Shown piece by piece: positions 1 to 11,630 of a stretch of DNA of 64,000 nt. The stretch spans positions 356,500,001 through 356,564,000 of the forward strand of contig OZ024742.1 of the NCBI GenBank assembly GCA_964016885.1. The letters are read 5' to 3'. The notes under the pieces were generated by a model. It was given only the letters and a program-made list of their open reading frames with translations, was not told where the DNA came from and did not search any database. This stretch comes from Eledone cirrhosa (taxonomy: Eukaryota). Both the position numbers and the translations under genes were made by a program. Position 1 is the first letter of the stretch, and every line of letters starts with the position of its first letter.

Positions 1-183
1 GTCTGACATGCCATCTATCTTTTTTGTGATTGCCCTTTGGGGAGCTTCAAGTTTCATGATATTTTGTTTCGTGTGGGGAGACCACAGTGGACAACAGTAT
101 TCAAGGTGTGGTCGAGCAAAAGTGGAGAAGAGAAGGATAATGGTGTGGGTATCTCTTGACTGGAAGGTTCTGAGGATCCAGGA

Positions 184-2616
184 TCACATTCTGCAGGCCA
201 TGTCAACTTTGCTGCTTATATGCGTGGCCCAGTTTATGTTGCTGTCCACGGTTACTCCCAAGTCTCTGATGTTGTTAGATGCCACGAGAGTTTCACCGGA
301 GGGAAGGGAGTACGGGAGTTTCAGAGCATCCTCTTTTCCAAAGTGGATCAGTTCGAATTTGTCTTCGTTCAGTAACATGTTGTTCTTTTCCGCCCATTGG
401 GTAACAGGCTGTAGGTCTGATTGAAGGCTTATCCGGTCATCCACGCCATTGATGACCTTTTGGAGCTTGGAATCTTCAGCGAAAATTCTAATGTTGCTGT
501 GTTTGATGATGTAAGTGATGTCAGAAATATAGATGATGAAGAGAAGTGGGCCCAACACAGTGCCTTGTGGGACCCCACTACTGACTTTGGCTGGGCTGGA
601 TTTGACTCCTTCGACTACAACATGTTGGGTTCTGTTTGACAGGAAGCTCTTGATCCACTGCAGCAGCTTGCCAGTGACACCAATATTGGACAGCTTTCTC
701 AGTAGAATGTTGTCATCAACCCTGTCAAAGGCCTTGCTGAAATCAAGGTAGATAACATCAGTGTTGGAACCCTCTCCCAAGGCTCTCAAAATGTCATCAA
801 AGTGATGCAGTAGCTGCGTCAGGCAATCCCTTCCATTACGGAATCCATGCTGGTTGGAGTTCAGCATATTGTTACTCTCAAGGAAGTGAGTCATTCGCGA
901 TCTCATCACTCTCTCAAATAACTTAATGATATGAGAGGTGAGTGAGATTGGACGGTAATTCACGGCAAGGGATTTGTTTCCTTTTTTGAAAACTGAGACA
1001 ACAGACTGGGATAGAAAGTTTTCTGGCACATATCCAGCATCCAGTGAGTTCCGCCACAGATTGGCAAGAGGAGAAGCAAGTTGGTGTTGACACGCCTTCA
1101 AGACACAAGCAGGGAACCTATCGGGACCTTCTGCTGAATTATGCTTGATTTCCTTTATTGCCGCTAAGACATCAGAGGCGCCAAACGTTATGTCCGATAA
1201 GGTGTAATGGGGAGTAACATCGCCGATACAGCCCAGATCGGCCATATCAGGATTGCTGAAAACAGAGCAGTATTGTTTCTGCAGTATCTCACCCATGGTT
1301 TTAGCATTGTCTTGAAGAGTGCCATTTTCATCAATTAGAGGGCCAACAGTAGAGCCAGTGATTTTGTGTTTTTTTGCAAATGAAAAGAACACTTTGGGAT
1401 TGAGTTTGATCTTTTCAATGGCCGAGGGCTCTTCAGCTCTTCTCTGATTGTTGATGATAGAAATCATATTGTTTTGGAGGTTATGTTTTTTAATCTCTAG
1501 TGATGAAATGGCAGTCACGTTTATGTGTAGCTGCTGACGGTATTTCAGCTTGTTGATTTTTTTGTTAGTTCTCTTAATTTTCCTGATAAGCGTTTTTCTA
1601 TTTCTAGGGATTCTGCTCTTAGATTTGTTTCTAGTTCTTAATGGGGTGTGTTTTGCACATATGTTTGTAACAGTGTCCACAAATGTCTGCCAGGACTTTT
1701 TGATGTTAGTGGGTGTATGAGTGTGCGTCAAGGACCAATCGACATGTGCAAGATCATGACTGATCGCTTCCCAGTTTGCATTGTGGAAATCCATAGCGTC
1801 AAACGGATGGACAGGAGAGATGACATTGGGTTTGTATATTGGACGGTGAAATCTCAGATCACAGAGAACCATGTCATGAGCAGAGAGTAGAGTTTTCTCC
1901 ACTGCAATATTGTTGATATTGTCAGTGTGATTGCTGAAAATTAAGTCTAGGACGTTTTTGTGGCACCTCGTTGGTTCGAGCACCAGTTGGGACAGGAAGA
2001 AATCATCCATGAAGTCAAGAAGCGATTCCACTGCTTCCCTGTCAGAGGTTGAGGCAGAAGAGCCTGGTGGCAGGCTGTTTGTTGACCAGTCAACTCCGGG
2101 GAGGTTGAACTCCCCCATCATTAAGATGTTGTCAGGGTGACACTCTTGGATGAAACAATTTATGCTGTTGATGCATTACTTGAAGCATGGTACAGGTGTT
2201 TGGGGTGGCCTATAGAGCCCAACTACTATTAGGTTGTTGGTTTGACTGAATACAGTGACTGCTTCGCAGTATCCATTAGTAAATATGTTCATAGCCTCTG
2301 TTGAGAAAGAATTATGGACATAAATGGCAGTCCCACCCTTTCTTCTGCCAGCGCGATCAGCACGGATGGCTTTGAAATTTTTCACTTTCACCTCGGCTTC
2401 CAAGTGGAGGTTACTGAGATGGGTTTCAGTGAGGACGAAGAAAGGGATGTGGTTTGGATGGACATCAACCCAGTCCTCCAGGAATTTGATCTTCCATTTT
2501 TTAGTATTGGTGGAAGGGCTGATGCCTTGGGCGTGAAGCAAAAATGTTGAGGCGAGAGTGGATTGTTTTAATTGTTTTGGTGTGTTGTTAATTTGTTTGT
2601 TTGTTAATGGCAGCAA
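184..2616 (-). pseudogene. Disrupted ORF2 (AP endonuclease + reverse transcriptase) of LINE family A
   Basis: Two ORF-track pieces with contiguous APE and RT motifs, one frameshift and one nonsense codon. Confidence 0.9.
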
Positions 2617-3237
2617 TGGGAGTTTGTGCAGTGGGGAGATAGTGGAGGGTGGTGCTGGGTGATAGCTCGAATGTTTTTTTCCAGTTCTTTTGCCAGATTC
2701 ATTATGGCTAAAAAAGAGGAAGAAGTTTCCTGTTTAGGAGACTGTTGGTGACTGTGGTAGTGGTTATTTTTATGTAGGTTATGGTTTTTGTTTTTGCTTT
2801 TATTTTTATTTTTATTTTCATTTTTCCGACGGGTCCCCGGGAGATGGGTAAAGGGACAATCCCGGTGTAAACACAATCTGTCTCGCAGGGAAAAGCGGCA
2901 GATTTGTGGATTCCTTGTTTGAGTTATTGGTGGTTGTGTTGGTGTTAAATGAGAGTATGTATTATGGTGGTGGCTGTTTGTGGGGATAGACCGTTTTGTC
3001 CTAGGTAAATGGGTGAATTTGCAGCCACTATCCGTACATATTCTATAGCGTAGAGAGTAGCGGCAAATGATGGGGTTTCGAGTGGGTGTGTATGTGTGTG
3101 TATGTGTGTGTGTGTCTTGTGAGAGGTGTAGATGATGGTTTGAGTAGGATTTGACGACCTTTGTGGGCTGTGGGAGGGAGAGTTCTTGTATGGTATTAGA
3201 AGGTAAATTCCTTGAGATAGCAGTAGGCAAAGATGTT

Positions 3238-3279
<42 letters not shown>

Positions 3280-3590
3280 GTAGGCAGAGAAGATGTTGGC
3301 AGTGGTGATGATTGGACTGCTGGGGAAGAGAAAGGAAGTGGCGTTTCCTGCTGTGAGACAGACGCTACTGGGAGGTCAATAGTTTCATTTAGTAGATCGG
3401 CCATTGTTGATGAATCAAGGAATGGTTCACACTGTTGTTGTTGTTGTCGTTGTTGTTGTTGCTGTTGTTGTTGTAGCTGTTGTTGTTGTTGCCGTTGTTG
3501 CTGCTGTTGTTGTTGTTCCCGTTGTTGCTGCTGTTGTTGTTGCTGGTGCTGGACAGCATCCGAAGAAAAAACACACCGTAATTTATCCAA
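2604..3590 (-). CDS. LINE ORF1-like protein with poly-Q/poly-T tracts and two CCCH zinc fingers
   Basis: 328 aa ORF abutting ORF2 on the same strand; two C-x8-C-x4-C-x3-H motifs; 5' part cut off by a (TA)n tract at 3660. Confidence 0.7.
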
Positions 3591-3659
3591 ATGTTTATTG
3601 ATTAATTTAAAAGCAAGTTCGATTTGCTTTAATTTATTTTGAATCTGTTGTTCAGAGCG

Positions 3660-3746
3660 ATGTATATATATGTATATATGTGTATATATATGTATATATA
3701 TGTATATATATATATATGTATATATATATGTATATATATGTATATA

Positions 3747-3789
<43 letters not shown>

Positions 3790-3872
3790 ATATATATGTA
3801 TATATATGTATGTATATGTATATATATATGTATATATATGTATATATATGTATATATATATGTATATATATG

Positions 3873-3909
<37 letters not shown>

Positions 3910-3940
3910 GTATATATGTATATATATGTATATATATATG

Positions 3941-3971
<31 letters not shown>

Positions 3972-4000
3972 GTATATATATATATATGTATATATATATG

Positions 4001-4033
<33 letters not shown>

Positions 4034-4210
4034 GTATATATATATATATGTATATAGAAGAGGAAGACCAAGGTTAACGTATGTTGATGCCCTAAGGACA
4101 GACACTGGTCTGTTGGAGACGCAGGACATGGCAGCGATAATGAGGGAAAGAGACCGCTGGAGAGGACTCGTCCATGGATCTCGGGAATTTTACCCGCCTT
4201 AGATACATAG

Positions 4211-4260
<50 letters not shown>

Positions 4261-4341
4261 GTATACATATGTATATATATATGTATGTATATGTATATAT
4301 TTATATATGTATATATATGTATATATATATAGAGAGATATG

Positions 4342-4372
<31 letters not shown>

Positions 4373-4531
4373 GTATATATATGTATATATATATGTATAT
4401 ATATGTAACTATATATATGTATATAAATGTATATATATATATGTATACATATGTATTTATATATGTATATATATGTATACATATGTATTTATATATGTAT
4501 ATATATATGTATATATATATGTATATATATG

Positions 4532-4562
<31 letters not shown>

Positions 4563-4620
4563 GTATATATATATATGTACACATATGTATATATGTATAT
4601 ATATGTATATATATATGTAT
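3660..4620. repeat. (TA)n/(TATG)n microsatellite tracts flanking a 150-bp RTE fragment
   Basis: Direct reading: 3660-4053 and 4204-4620. Confidence 0.98.
4054..4203 (+). mobile_element. 5'-truncated 3' end of RTE family 1
   Basis: Near-identical to 7764-7913; encodes [16 protein letters not shown]...MRERDRWR. Confidence 0.95.
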
Positions 4621-7600
4621 AGTCCTCACATTCAAAGTGTCCATTTTGATGGCTCTTCTGCAGGACAAAACTGCATTCTTTATATTTGTCTCAGAGACAG
4701 CTGATCCATCTTCCACTGGCCCTCTCTCTGACTCTAAGCCAGCAGAGTCATAACGACCAGGCTGCTCCTTGACAGTGTAATTAGGGGCTCTAACCCTAGT
4801 GCTGTTAGATCGACTCTCCATATTTCTTTTCAATGGCTGACAATACCTTACCGGCGCCACTCGAATAAGGTAGTTATTTAACCCATAAATGGAGCCCTAA
4901 CAGGTACTACCAGCCCGGGCCAGGGCAGACCTGGGAGTCATGACAACTAAGGGGTAACTCCACATTCCCCACATCTCCTGAACTCCCGAACTGGAGCCTT
5001 GCCACTGGATGTAGTTTAATGTCATACCCAGGACGCTGGAGAAGAGAGAGGAGTTGGGACATCTGTTCGAGGAGAGTGGTATACAGATACTTGCGATCCA
5101 AGAACACACGATGAGCCCGTGAGGAGTGTGATGATTGGGAAGAAGAGCCAGCTCATCACTACATCGGCAGTGAAGAACACAACAAATGCTGCAGTAGGAG
5201 GAGTGGGTTTTGTGTTCATTGCAAAAACCAAACTGTTGTTGAGGGAAATAATGCCTATCTCCCCGCGAGTGTTGAGGGTGACCTTCAATGGAAACCCAAG
5301 ACTGACAGTCATCTCAGCCTATAGTCCAACCGAGGTGAACAGCGATGTGAATGCGGAAGAGTTCCATGAGGAGGTGTGTAGAGCTTTCAACACCACTCAG
5401 GCACACAATATCCTGCTTGTTTTGGGGGACTTCAATGCACATCTGAGTAAGGAGGGCAGTGAAGATCCTTGCTGGTACTTCCATAACAACACCAACCGAA
5501 ATGGAAGACTACTGAGAGACACCCTGCTGGAGGCGAACTTGATGGCGACCAACCTAAGGTTTAGGAAGAATCTGGGGAAGATGTGGACCTACATCTCAGA
5601 TATGCACCTGTCCAAGTCCCAGATTGATTTCATTCTGGTGAGGAAAAAGTGGCGGAATAGTGTTCTGAACACGGAACCATACAGCATTTTCAGTACACTG
5701 GGTAGTGACCACCGGCTTGTTATGAGTGAGGTCCGCGTGAGCTTAAGAAAGAGCAAGGCTCAGCCCCGGAGAACAATCTATGACTGGGGAGCTTTCAAGG
5801 AAGATGATAAGCTACAGGAGAGGTTCACAGTAGAAGTGAGAAACAGGTTTAGTGCTCTGTGTGGAGAGTCAGAGGAGAGAGAGATTGGATGGACTGAGGA
5901 GAGTGTGACGAGGAGGTACGGGCACTTCGCCAATGCAGTGGCGGAAGCAAGTGAAACCCTGGTGCCGAGGAAAAAGAATAAAGGGAAGCACGTCAGCTCT
6001 GCAAACCCAAAAGTGTGTGCAGCCAGAGAACACCTGAAAGCTGCCAGGGACCAATCCTATGCTGATCCTACGGAGGAGAGGATGGAGACTGTGGAGGTGA
6101 TGAGGGAAGAGCTCTATACCGCTTACACTGAGGTCAGAGAGGAGGCACTGATAGAGAAGATCAGAAGTGTGGAGAGAGCGGTGGACAGATCTGGATGTAA
6201 GGAGAGCTGGATGATCATCAACGAGATCACAGGGAGAAAGAGAAGGTGTTCGAGTCAGATCCAGGGAACGGGGCTCGAGGATAGGAAGAGGAAATGGCTA
6301 GACCATTTTAGGACCCTACTAGGAGAGCCACCCTCCACAGCCCAGAGCACTGGGGAGATCAGGCGGCTGTTTGAGGAACTGGATGTTGAGACAGAGCCCT
6401 TCACCAGAGAGGAGCTTCAGAGAGCCAAGAAGAGGATCAAGGAGGGCTAGGCTCATGCAGAAGATGGAGTGGCATCAGAGGTGATGAAGAGGTGTGATTT
6501 TGATGATATCATCCTGGGGTTCTGTAACGGGGCACTGGAGAAAGGAGTTGCCCCGAATCAGTGGAGGATCAGTAACATTGTCCCAGTGCCAAAGAAGGGA
6601 GATCTCTCTGACACCAACAACTACCGGGGGATCTCACTGACGTCACTTGTGGCAAAGACCCTCAACAGGATGATTCTTAACAGGATCCAGCCTAAGATGG
6701 AGAAGAAGCTCAGGGACAACCAGAACGGCTTCAGAGAGGGTAGATCAACCACCAGTCACATCCTGATGCTGAGGAGGATATTAGAAGGAGCTAGAGCAAA
6801 GTGCCTTCCTGCGGTCATGGTTTTCATTGACTTTAGGAAGGCCTTTGATTCTGTGGACCGTTACTGCCTGATGAAGATCTTACAGGCTTATGGAATCCCC
6901 AAGAAGATAGTGGACCTGAGATCACTGCTCTACACCAACACCAAAGCCCAAGTCATTACACCTGATGGGATGACAGAGTTCTTTGAGATACTGGCTGGAG
7001 TGCTCCAGGGAGATACATTGGCTCCCTACCTTTTTATCATCGTAGTAGACTATTGTATGCGCCTTGCACTGGAGAAACACCAGGACTCTGGCTTTACTAT
7101 AGCACCGGCTCAGAGCAGGAGAGTTAGGGCGAAAAAGGTATCGGATGCTGAATTTGCCGACGACATAGTTTTGGTGACAAATACAGTGAAGGAGGCAGAG
7201 GATTTGATGCGGGAGGCTGAGACTGTGTCGATGAGTGTGGGGCTGAGAATGAATGAGACTAAAACAAAATATCTGGTAGAGAATGTTGAGAGGCCAGAGG
7301 GGATCACTAATGTAGGCGGGAAGCCGCTGGAATTGGTTGAGGACTTCCTGTATTTGGGAGCAAAGATTGGGAATATGGAATATGATGTGGTTGAGAGGAA
7401 GAGCAAGGCCTGGGCGGCGTGCCACAGTTTGAGATCGGTGTGTAAGTCAGACCTTCGTAGAGACCTGAAAATCCGCCTCTTCATTGCTGTAGTGGAGTCT
7501 GTGCTGCTGTATGGGTCTGAGACTTGGGCACTGACCAAGAAACTCACTCAGATGGTGGATGGGTGCTACACGAGAATGCTGAGGATGGCTCTGAACATTA

Positions 7601-7913
7601 ATCAGTATACACTGAGGATGAAAAACTCAGAGCTGTATGGGAGCATCCCAAAAGTCAGCTCAAAAGTGACACAGAGGAGACTGAGGTTAGCTGGACATGC
7701 TCACCGACATCCAGAGTTGACATTGCACTCAGTACTCCTTTGGGAGCCCCTACATGGACACACTAGAAGAGGAAGACCAAGGTTAACGTATGTTGATGCC
7801 CTAAGGACAGACACTGGTCTGTTGGAGATGCAGGACATGGCAGCGATAATGAGGACAGAGACCGCTGGAGAGAACTCGTCCATGGATCTCGGGAATTTTA
7901 CCCGCCTTAGATA
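4619..7913 (+). mobile_element. RTE-clade LINE family 1, near full length, with inverted 5' segment (4619-5034)
   Basis: APE (LAIQEH, AYSPT, GDFNAH, SQIDFIL, SDHRLV) at 5030-6450. In-frame TAG at 6448-6450. RT (NYRGISL, QNGFR, FIDFRKAFD, GVLQGDTLAPYLF, FADD) at 6469-7914 in the same frame. Ends in (TA)n. Confidence 0.95.
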
Positions 7914-7996
7914 GATATATATATATGTATACATATGTATATATATATGTATATATATGTATATATATATATGTATATATATGTATATATATATGG

Positions 7997-8055
7997 CAGG
8001 AAGGTATACGATGCTGACGATAGCTAATAAGCTTGAAACTAGTACATCGTTCCTG
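7997..8055 (+). ncRNA. Candidate minimal type-I hammerhead ribozyme
   Basis: cagga-aggtat-acgatg CTGACGA t-agct-aata-agct-t GAAA ctag TA catcgt-tcctg: stem I, stem II, palindromic stem III, GUA cleavage triplet. Confidence 0.7.
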
Positions 8056-8394
8056 TGTCATTGTTGAACAAAAAGGTGACGTGGTTTCCTAAACACTGTA
8101 CGGCGTAATTCGGGCTGTTTGTTTGTTTACAATCAAACAAACTGAGCACTGTAATAAATGTTCGGTAAACCGATACGTGCATGTATATATGTGTGCATGT
8201 ATGTATATATATAAATACTACTGTACGTCTGCATACATATATGTATGTACATATACATACATACATACATACTTACATTTAAATAAGTGCCGCGCTAAGA
8301 GTGAGAAATGAAATTTCGTTTCATTCTATTCCATTTATCATTTTCGGTGCGCCCAGCCGACTGAACTCACTCGATATGCAAATTACACTATATG

Positions 8395-10418
8395 CAAAAA
8401 GTTTGTCCCGGAGAAAAATGCAAACAGACACAAAAATCTTATTCCCAGAGATAGAAAAATCCTTATGAGACGTAGAACCAAGCTCTCAAACCAGTTGAAT
8501 GCTCAACAACAAAACAAAAACAAGAAGGAATCCTATTTGAAATGTGCACTACTGGGCACCGAGTTGCACTCAAACTTTCCCATGAAAATGAGAGGGCAAA
8601 GAAAGAGAACAGGGTCATAGAAAAATATTAAAACAAACCCTAAGGCGTTCTTTAAATTTGCAAAAGAAACTGCCTCGATACACTGCAAGATTGGACCACT
8701 CTTCCATACATATGGTTCATTAACCAAGAATCCCCAAGAGATATATGAAATACTGAACGAACAGTACAAAAGTCTGTTCACATGTCCACTGAGGCACATG
8801 CAAATAACGAAGCCAGAGGAGTTCTTTGATGCCACAACACTACATGAAGAAATGGCGTCCATCAGCGACATAGACATAACGGAGGAGGATGTGGTGTACG
8901 CCACAGATGAAATTAGAATAGACTCAGCTGCTGGACCTGATGGATTGCCAGCAGTTCTCTTAAAAACATGTAAGCGGGCCTTAGCAACTCCACTGAAGAT
9001 GCTCTTCAGAAGCTCCTTCGCTAGCGGTATAATACCCAGGGAGCTGAACGGAGGCACAATATGCCCTATCCATAAAGGAGGTAGCAGAGCGGAGGCCAAA
9101 AACTATAGGCCAGCCTCCCTGACGTCGCATATCAGTAAGGTCATGGAGCGAGTCATCAGAAAGATACTGATCACTTTCCTTGAGGAAAATGACCACCTGA
9201 CTAGCACGCAGCATGGTTTTCACCCAGGAAGAAGCAGCCTTACACAGCTGCTACATCACTACGACTGGGTACTGAAACAACTACTAGACAGCTCACATGT
9301 GGATGTGATATATCTTGACTTTGCGAAGGCCTTTGACAAGGTCGACCACGGAATGATATGTCACAAACTACACGGACTCGGCATAACTGAAAAAGTAGGT
9401 GAGTGGCTGCATGACTTCCTAAAGGACAGAAGCCAGACAGTCGCAGCAAATGGGGCCCTCTCAAAGGAAACACCAATAACAAGTGGGTTGCCCAGGAGAC
9501 AGTCCTGGGACAACTACTATATTTGGTGGCTCTCTCAGATATGCCCTTTGTAGTACATACATCAAGATCCCTCACTAGCTATGCTGATGACACTAAGGTA
9601 TCACAGGCAATCAAAAACCCGCCTGACACTACCCTTTTACAACAAGATCTGGATGCCATATAAAAATGGGCGGAAGAAAACAACATGCAGTTTAATGCTG
9701 GCAAATTCCAAGCCCTACAATACAAACCTGCAAACAAAAATATAGTACAACACAGTTAAGCCAAAACAGGAGGGACGATATCCCCCGTGTCAAAATCGAT
9801 ACGGGACCTGGGTATAGACATGAGCGATGATGCATCTTTTTCCTCACACATCATGCAAGTGGCGACAATGTGCAGACGACTCACTGGCTGAAGCTACACC
9901 AAGAGGATTGCCAAGATGAGGGAGACAAGCTACTGGGAGAGGCTGAAGGAACTGAACCTCTACTCCTTGGAACGATGACGGGAGAGATACGCAGTGATCT
10001 ACATGTGGAAAATCCTGGCGGAACTAGCACCAAACTTTGGCATTGGGTGCTGGACCAACCGTCGAACAGGACGTCACTGTGTGGTGCCAAAGGTCCCGCC
10101 TTCCACATCTAGAATAAGGAGCAGGTATTGCAAAGCCTGGGATTCAAGGGCCTTCAAATCTTCAACAAACTGCCGAGGGATCTGAGAGATTTGCATGACG
10201 TGTAGGTGGATGTCTTCAAGAAACATCTCGACATCTTGTTATGCAGGATCCCGGTTGAGCCCACAGCAAGGCACGAGGGAAACCTAAGGGCAGCAGCAAC
10301 AAACTCCCCCTTACACCAGTGGCCAACCTATACAGGCTGGAGATAAAATGTGTAGCAACAAGGGCGGTGCCCCAGCATGGCCTCAGCCGGATGGCTGAAA
10401 CATGTAAAAGAGTAAAAG

Positions 10419-10420
<2 letters not shown>
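8395..10420 (+). mobile_element. CR1/L2-group LINE family B, 5'-truncated and degenerate
   Basis: RT ORF 8798-9553 (NYRPASLTS, YLDFAKAFDKVDH); YADD at ~9580; C-terminal ..NSPL motif; 3' hairpin followed by (TA)n. Confidence 0.9.
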
Positions 10421-10472
<52 letters not shown>

Positions 10473-10474
10473 AT

Positions 10475-10812
10475 GGAGACACATGGCTTAGCGGTAAGAG
10501 CGTTGGCCTTGCAATCAAAAGGTTGAGTTCAATTCTCAGACCGGGTGATGTGTTGTTTCCTTGAGCAAGACACTTTATTTCACATTGCTCCAGTTTACTC
10601 AGCTGTAGAAATGAGATGATAGGGACTGGGGTCCATATCATTCCACTGCAAAGTGGTCGTGGAGGTGCCACGGCAAAAAAGCACCCAGCACTCACTGTAA
10701 GTGAGGTTGGTGTTAGGAAGGGCATCCAGCTGTAGAAATCAAGCCAAAATCAGTTCCTGTCCCACCCTTGCAAGCAGGGAAAAAGCGGACGTAAAATGAA
10801 ATGATGATGATA
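10475..10812 (+). mobile_element. tRNA-derived SINE family S1 with RTE-type tail
   Basis: A box TGGCTTAGCGG, B box GAGTTCAATTC, central ccttgagcaagacacttt block, tail gcaagcagggaaaaagcggacgtaaaatga(tga)n; near-identical copies at 26483 and 28068. Confidence 0.9.
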
Positions 10813-11030
10813 TAAATGTATATATATATATATGTATATATATATATGTATATATATATGTATATGTATATATATATGTATATGTATATATATATTTGTA
10901 TATGTATATATATATATCTCTATATATATATGTATATATATATGTATATATATATATATGTATATATATATATGTGTATATATATATATATGTATAAATA
11001 TATGTATATATATATGTATATATATATATG

Positions 11031-11080
<50 letters not shown>
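10813..11080. repeat. (TA)n-type microsatellite
   Basis: Direct reading. Confidence 0.97.
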
Positions 11081-11084
<4 letters not shown>

Positions 11085-11435
11085 GGGTCACTCTTGAGTG
11101 CTACTGGTAACATGTAATCCAGTACAACCTGTCGCATGGTCGGGTCGTCGGCGACTAAACCGGCAACCCCACCAAGTTTACTTGGTGAGGAGTGAGATTT
11201 TGGACACCCTGCAGGACAAAAAACAAAACCTGACAAAAGGTTTTGGATGGCCGTTGACTCACAAGAGTCAACGGCCATCCAAAGTGTGTAAATATGTATA
11301 CACACATGTACATATGTATGTATATGTATATGTGTATATACATGGGTGCATGTGAATGTATATTCGCGGGGACAGAAATGACCGGGCTGGACACCCGATC
11401 GCGCGGTTAAAGTGAATGACCGCCTAGCTTTTATC

Positions 11436-11630
11436 AGGGCATTCTTCTAGGAGAAGGTAACTCAGGAGATTGGATAACTCCGATATAAAACCTGCGGCTC
11501 AGTAGTTACCGATGATGTCGATCTCTTCTTCTTTTCGGTTATAGCTACTGTCGCTGATAGAGCGAGATTGGCTCAGTGCACAGTCTTTCCTCACTTAAAA
11601 AAATATCTTCACACACAGGCATTGCATGAT
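11436..11630 (+). repeat. Dispersed repeat resembling an RTE 5'UTR-derived segment
   Basis: ttctaggagaagg(t/a)aactc ... acacaggcattgc shared with 19725-19895. Confidence 0.55.

Larger units (their letters stand above)
1..3659 (-). mobile_element. CR1/L2-group LINE family A, copy 1 (ORF1 + APE-RT ORF2; runs off the left edge of the window)
   Basis: ORF 2176-2616 has APE motifs (LTETHL, RADR..RKGGG, GLYRPP). ORF 184-2121 has RT motifs (NYRPISLTS, NQHGFR, YLDFSKAFD, SGVPQGTVLGPLLF, FAED). Frameshift near 2130-2180; premature TGA at 184-186 where copy 2 reads TGT. Confidence 0.93.

Noticed and set aside
3151-3642. Poly-Cys/poly-Val ORF resembling a metallothionein
   Set aside because: Antisense reading of the poly-Q/poly-T codons of LINE ORF1.
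3629-4753. Many Tyr/Ile-rich ORFs (also at 10.7-11.1, 14.2-14.7, 19.0-19.9, 21.1-21.5 and 47.0-47.3 kb)
   Set aside because: Translations of (TA)n/(TATG)n microsatellites that lack stop codons.
10475-10555. tRNA-like sequences with A and B boxes (also 26483, 28068 and S2 heads)
   Set aside because: SINE heads; no complete cloverleaf, and each is joined to a SINE body.
11082-11175. Possible HDV-like ribozyme in a GC-rich island
   Set aside because: A P4-like hairpin and CUAA are present, but I could not build P1/P2/P3.
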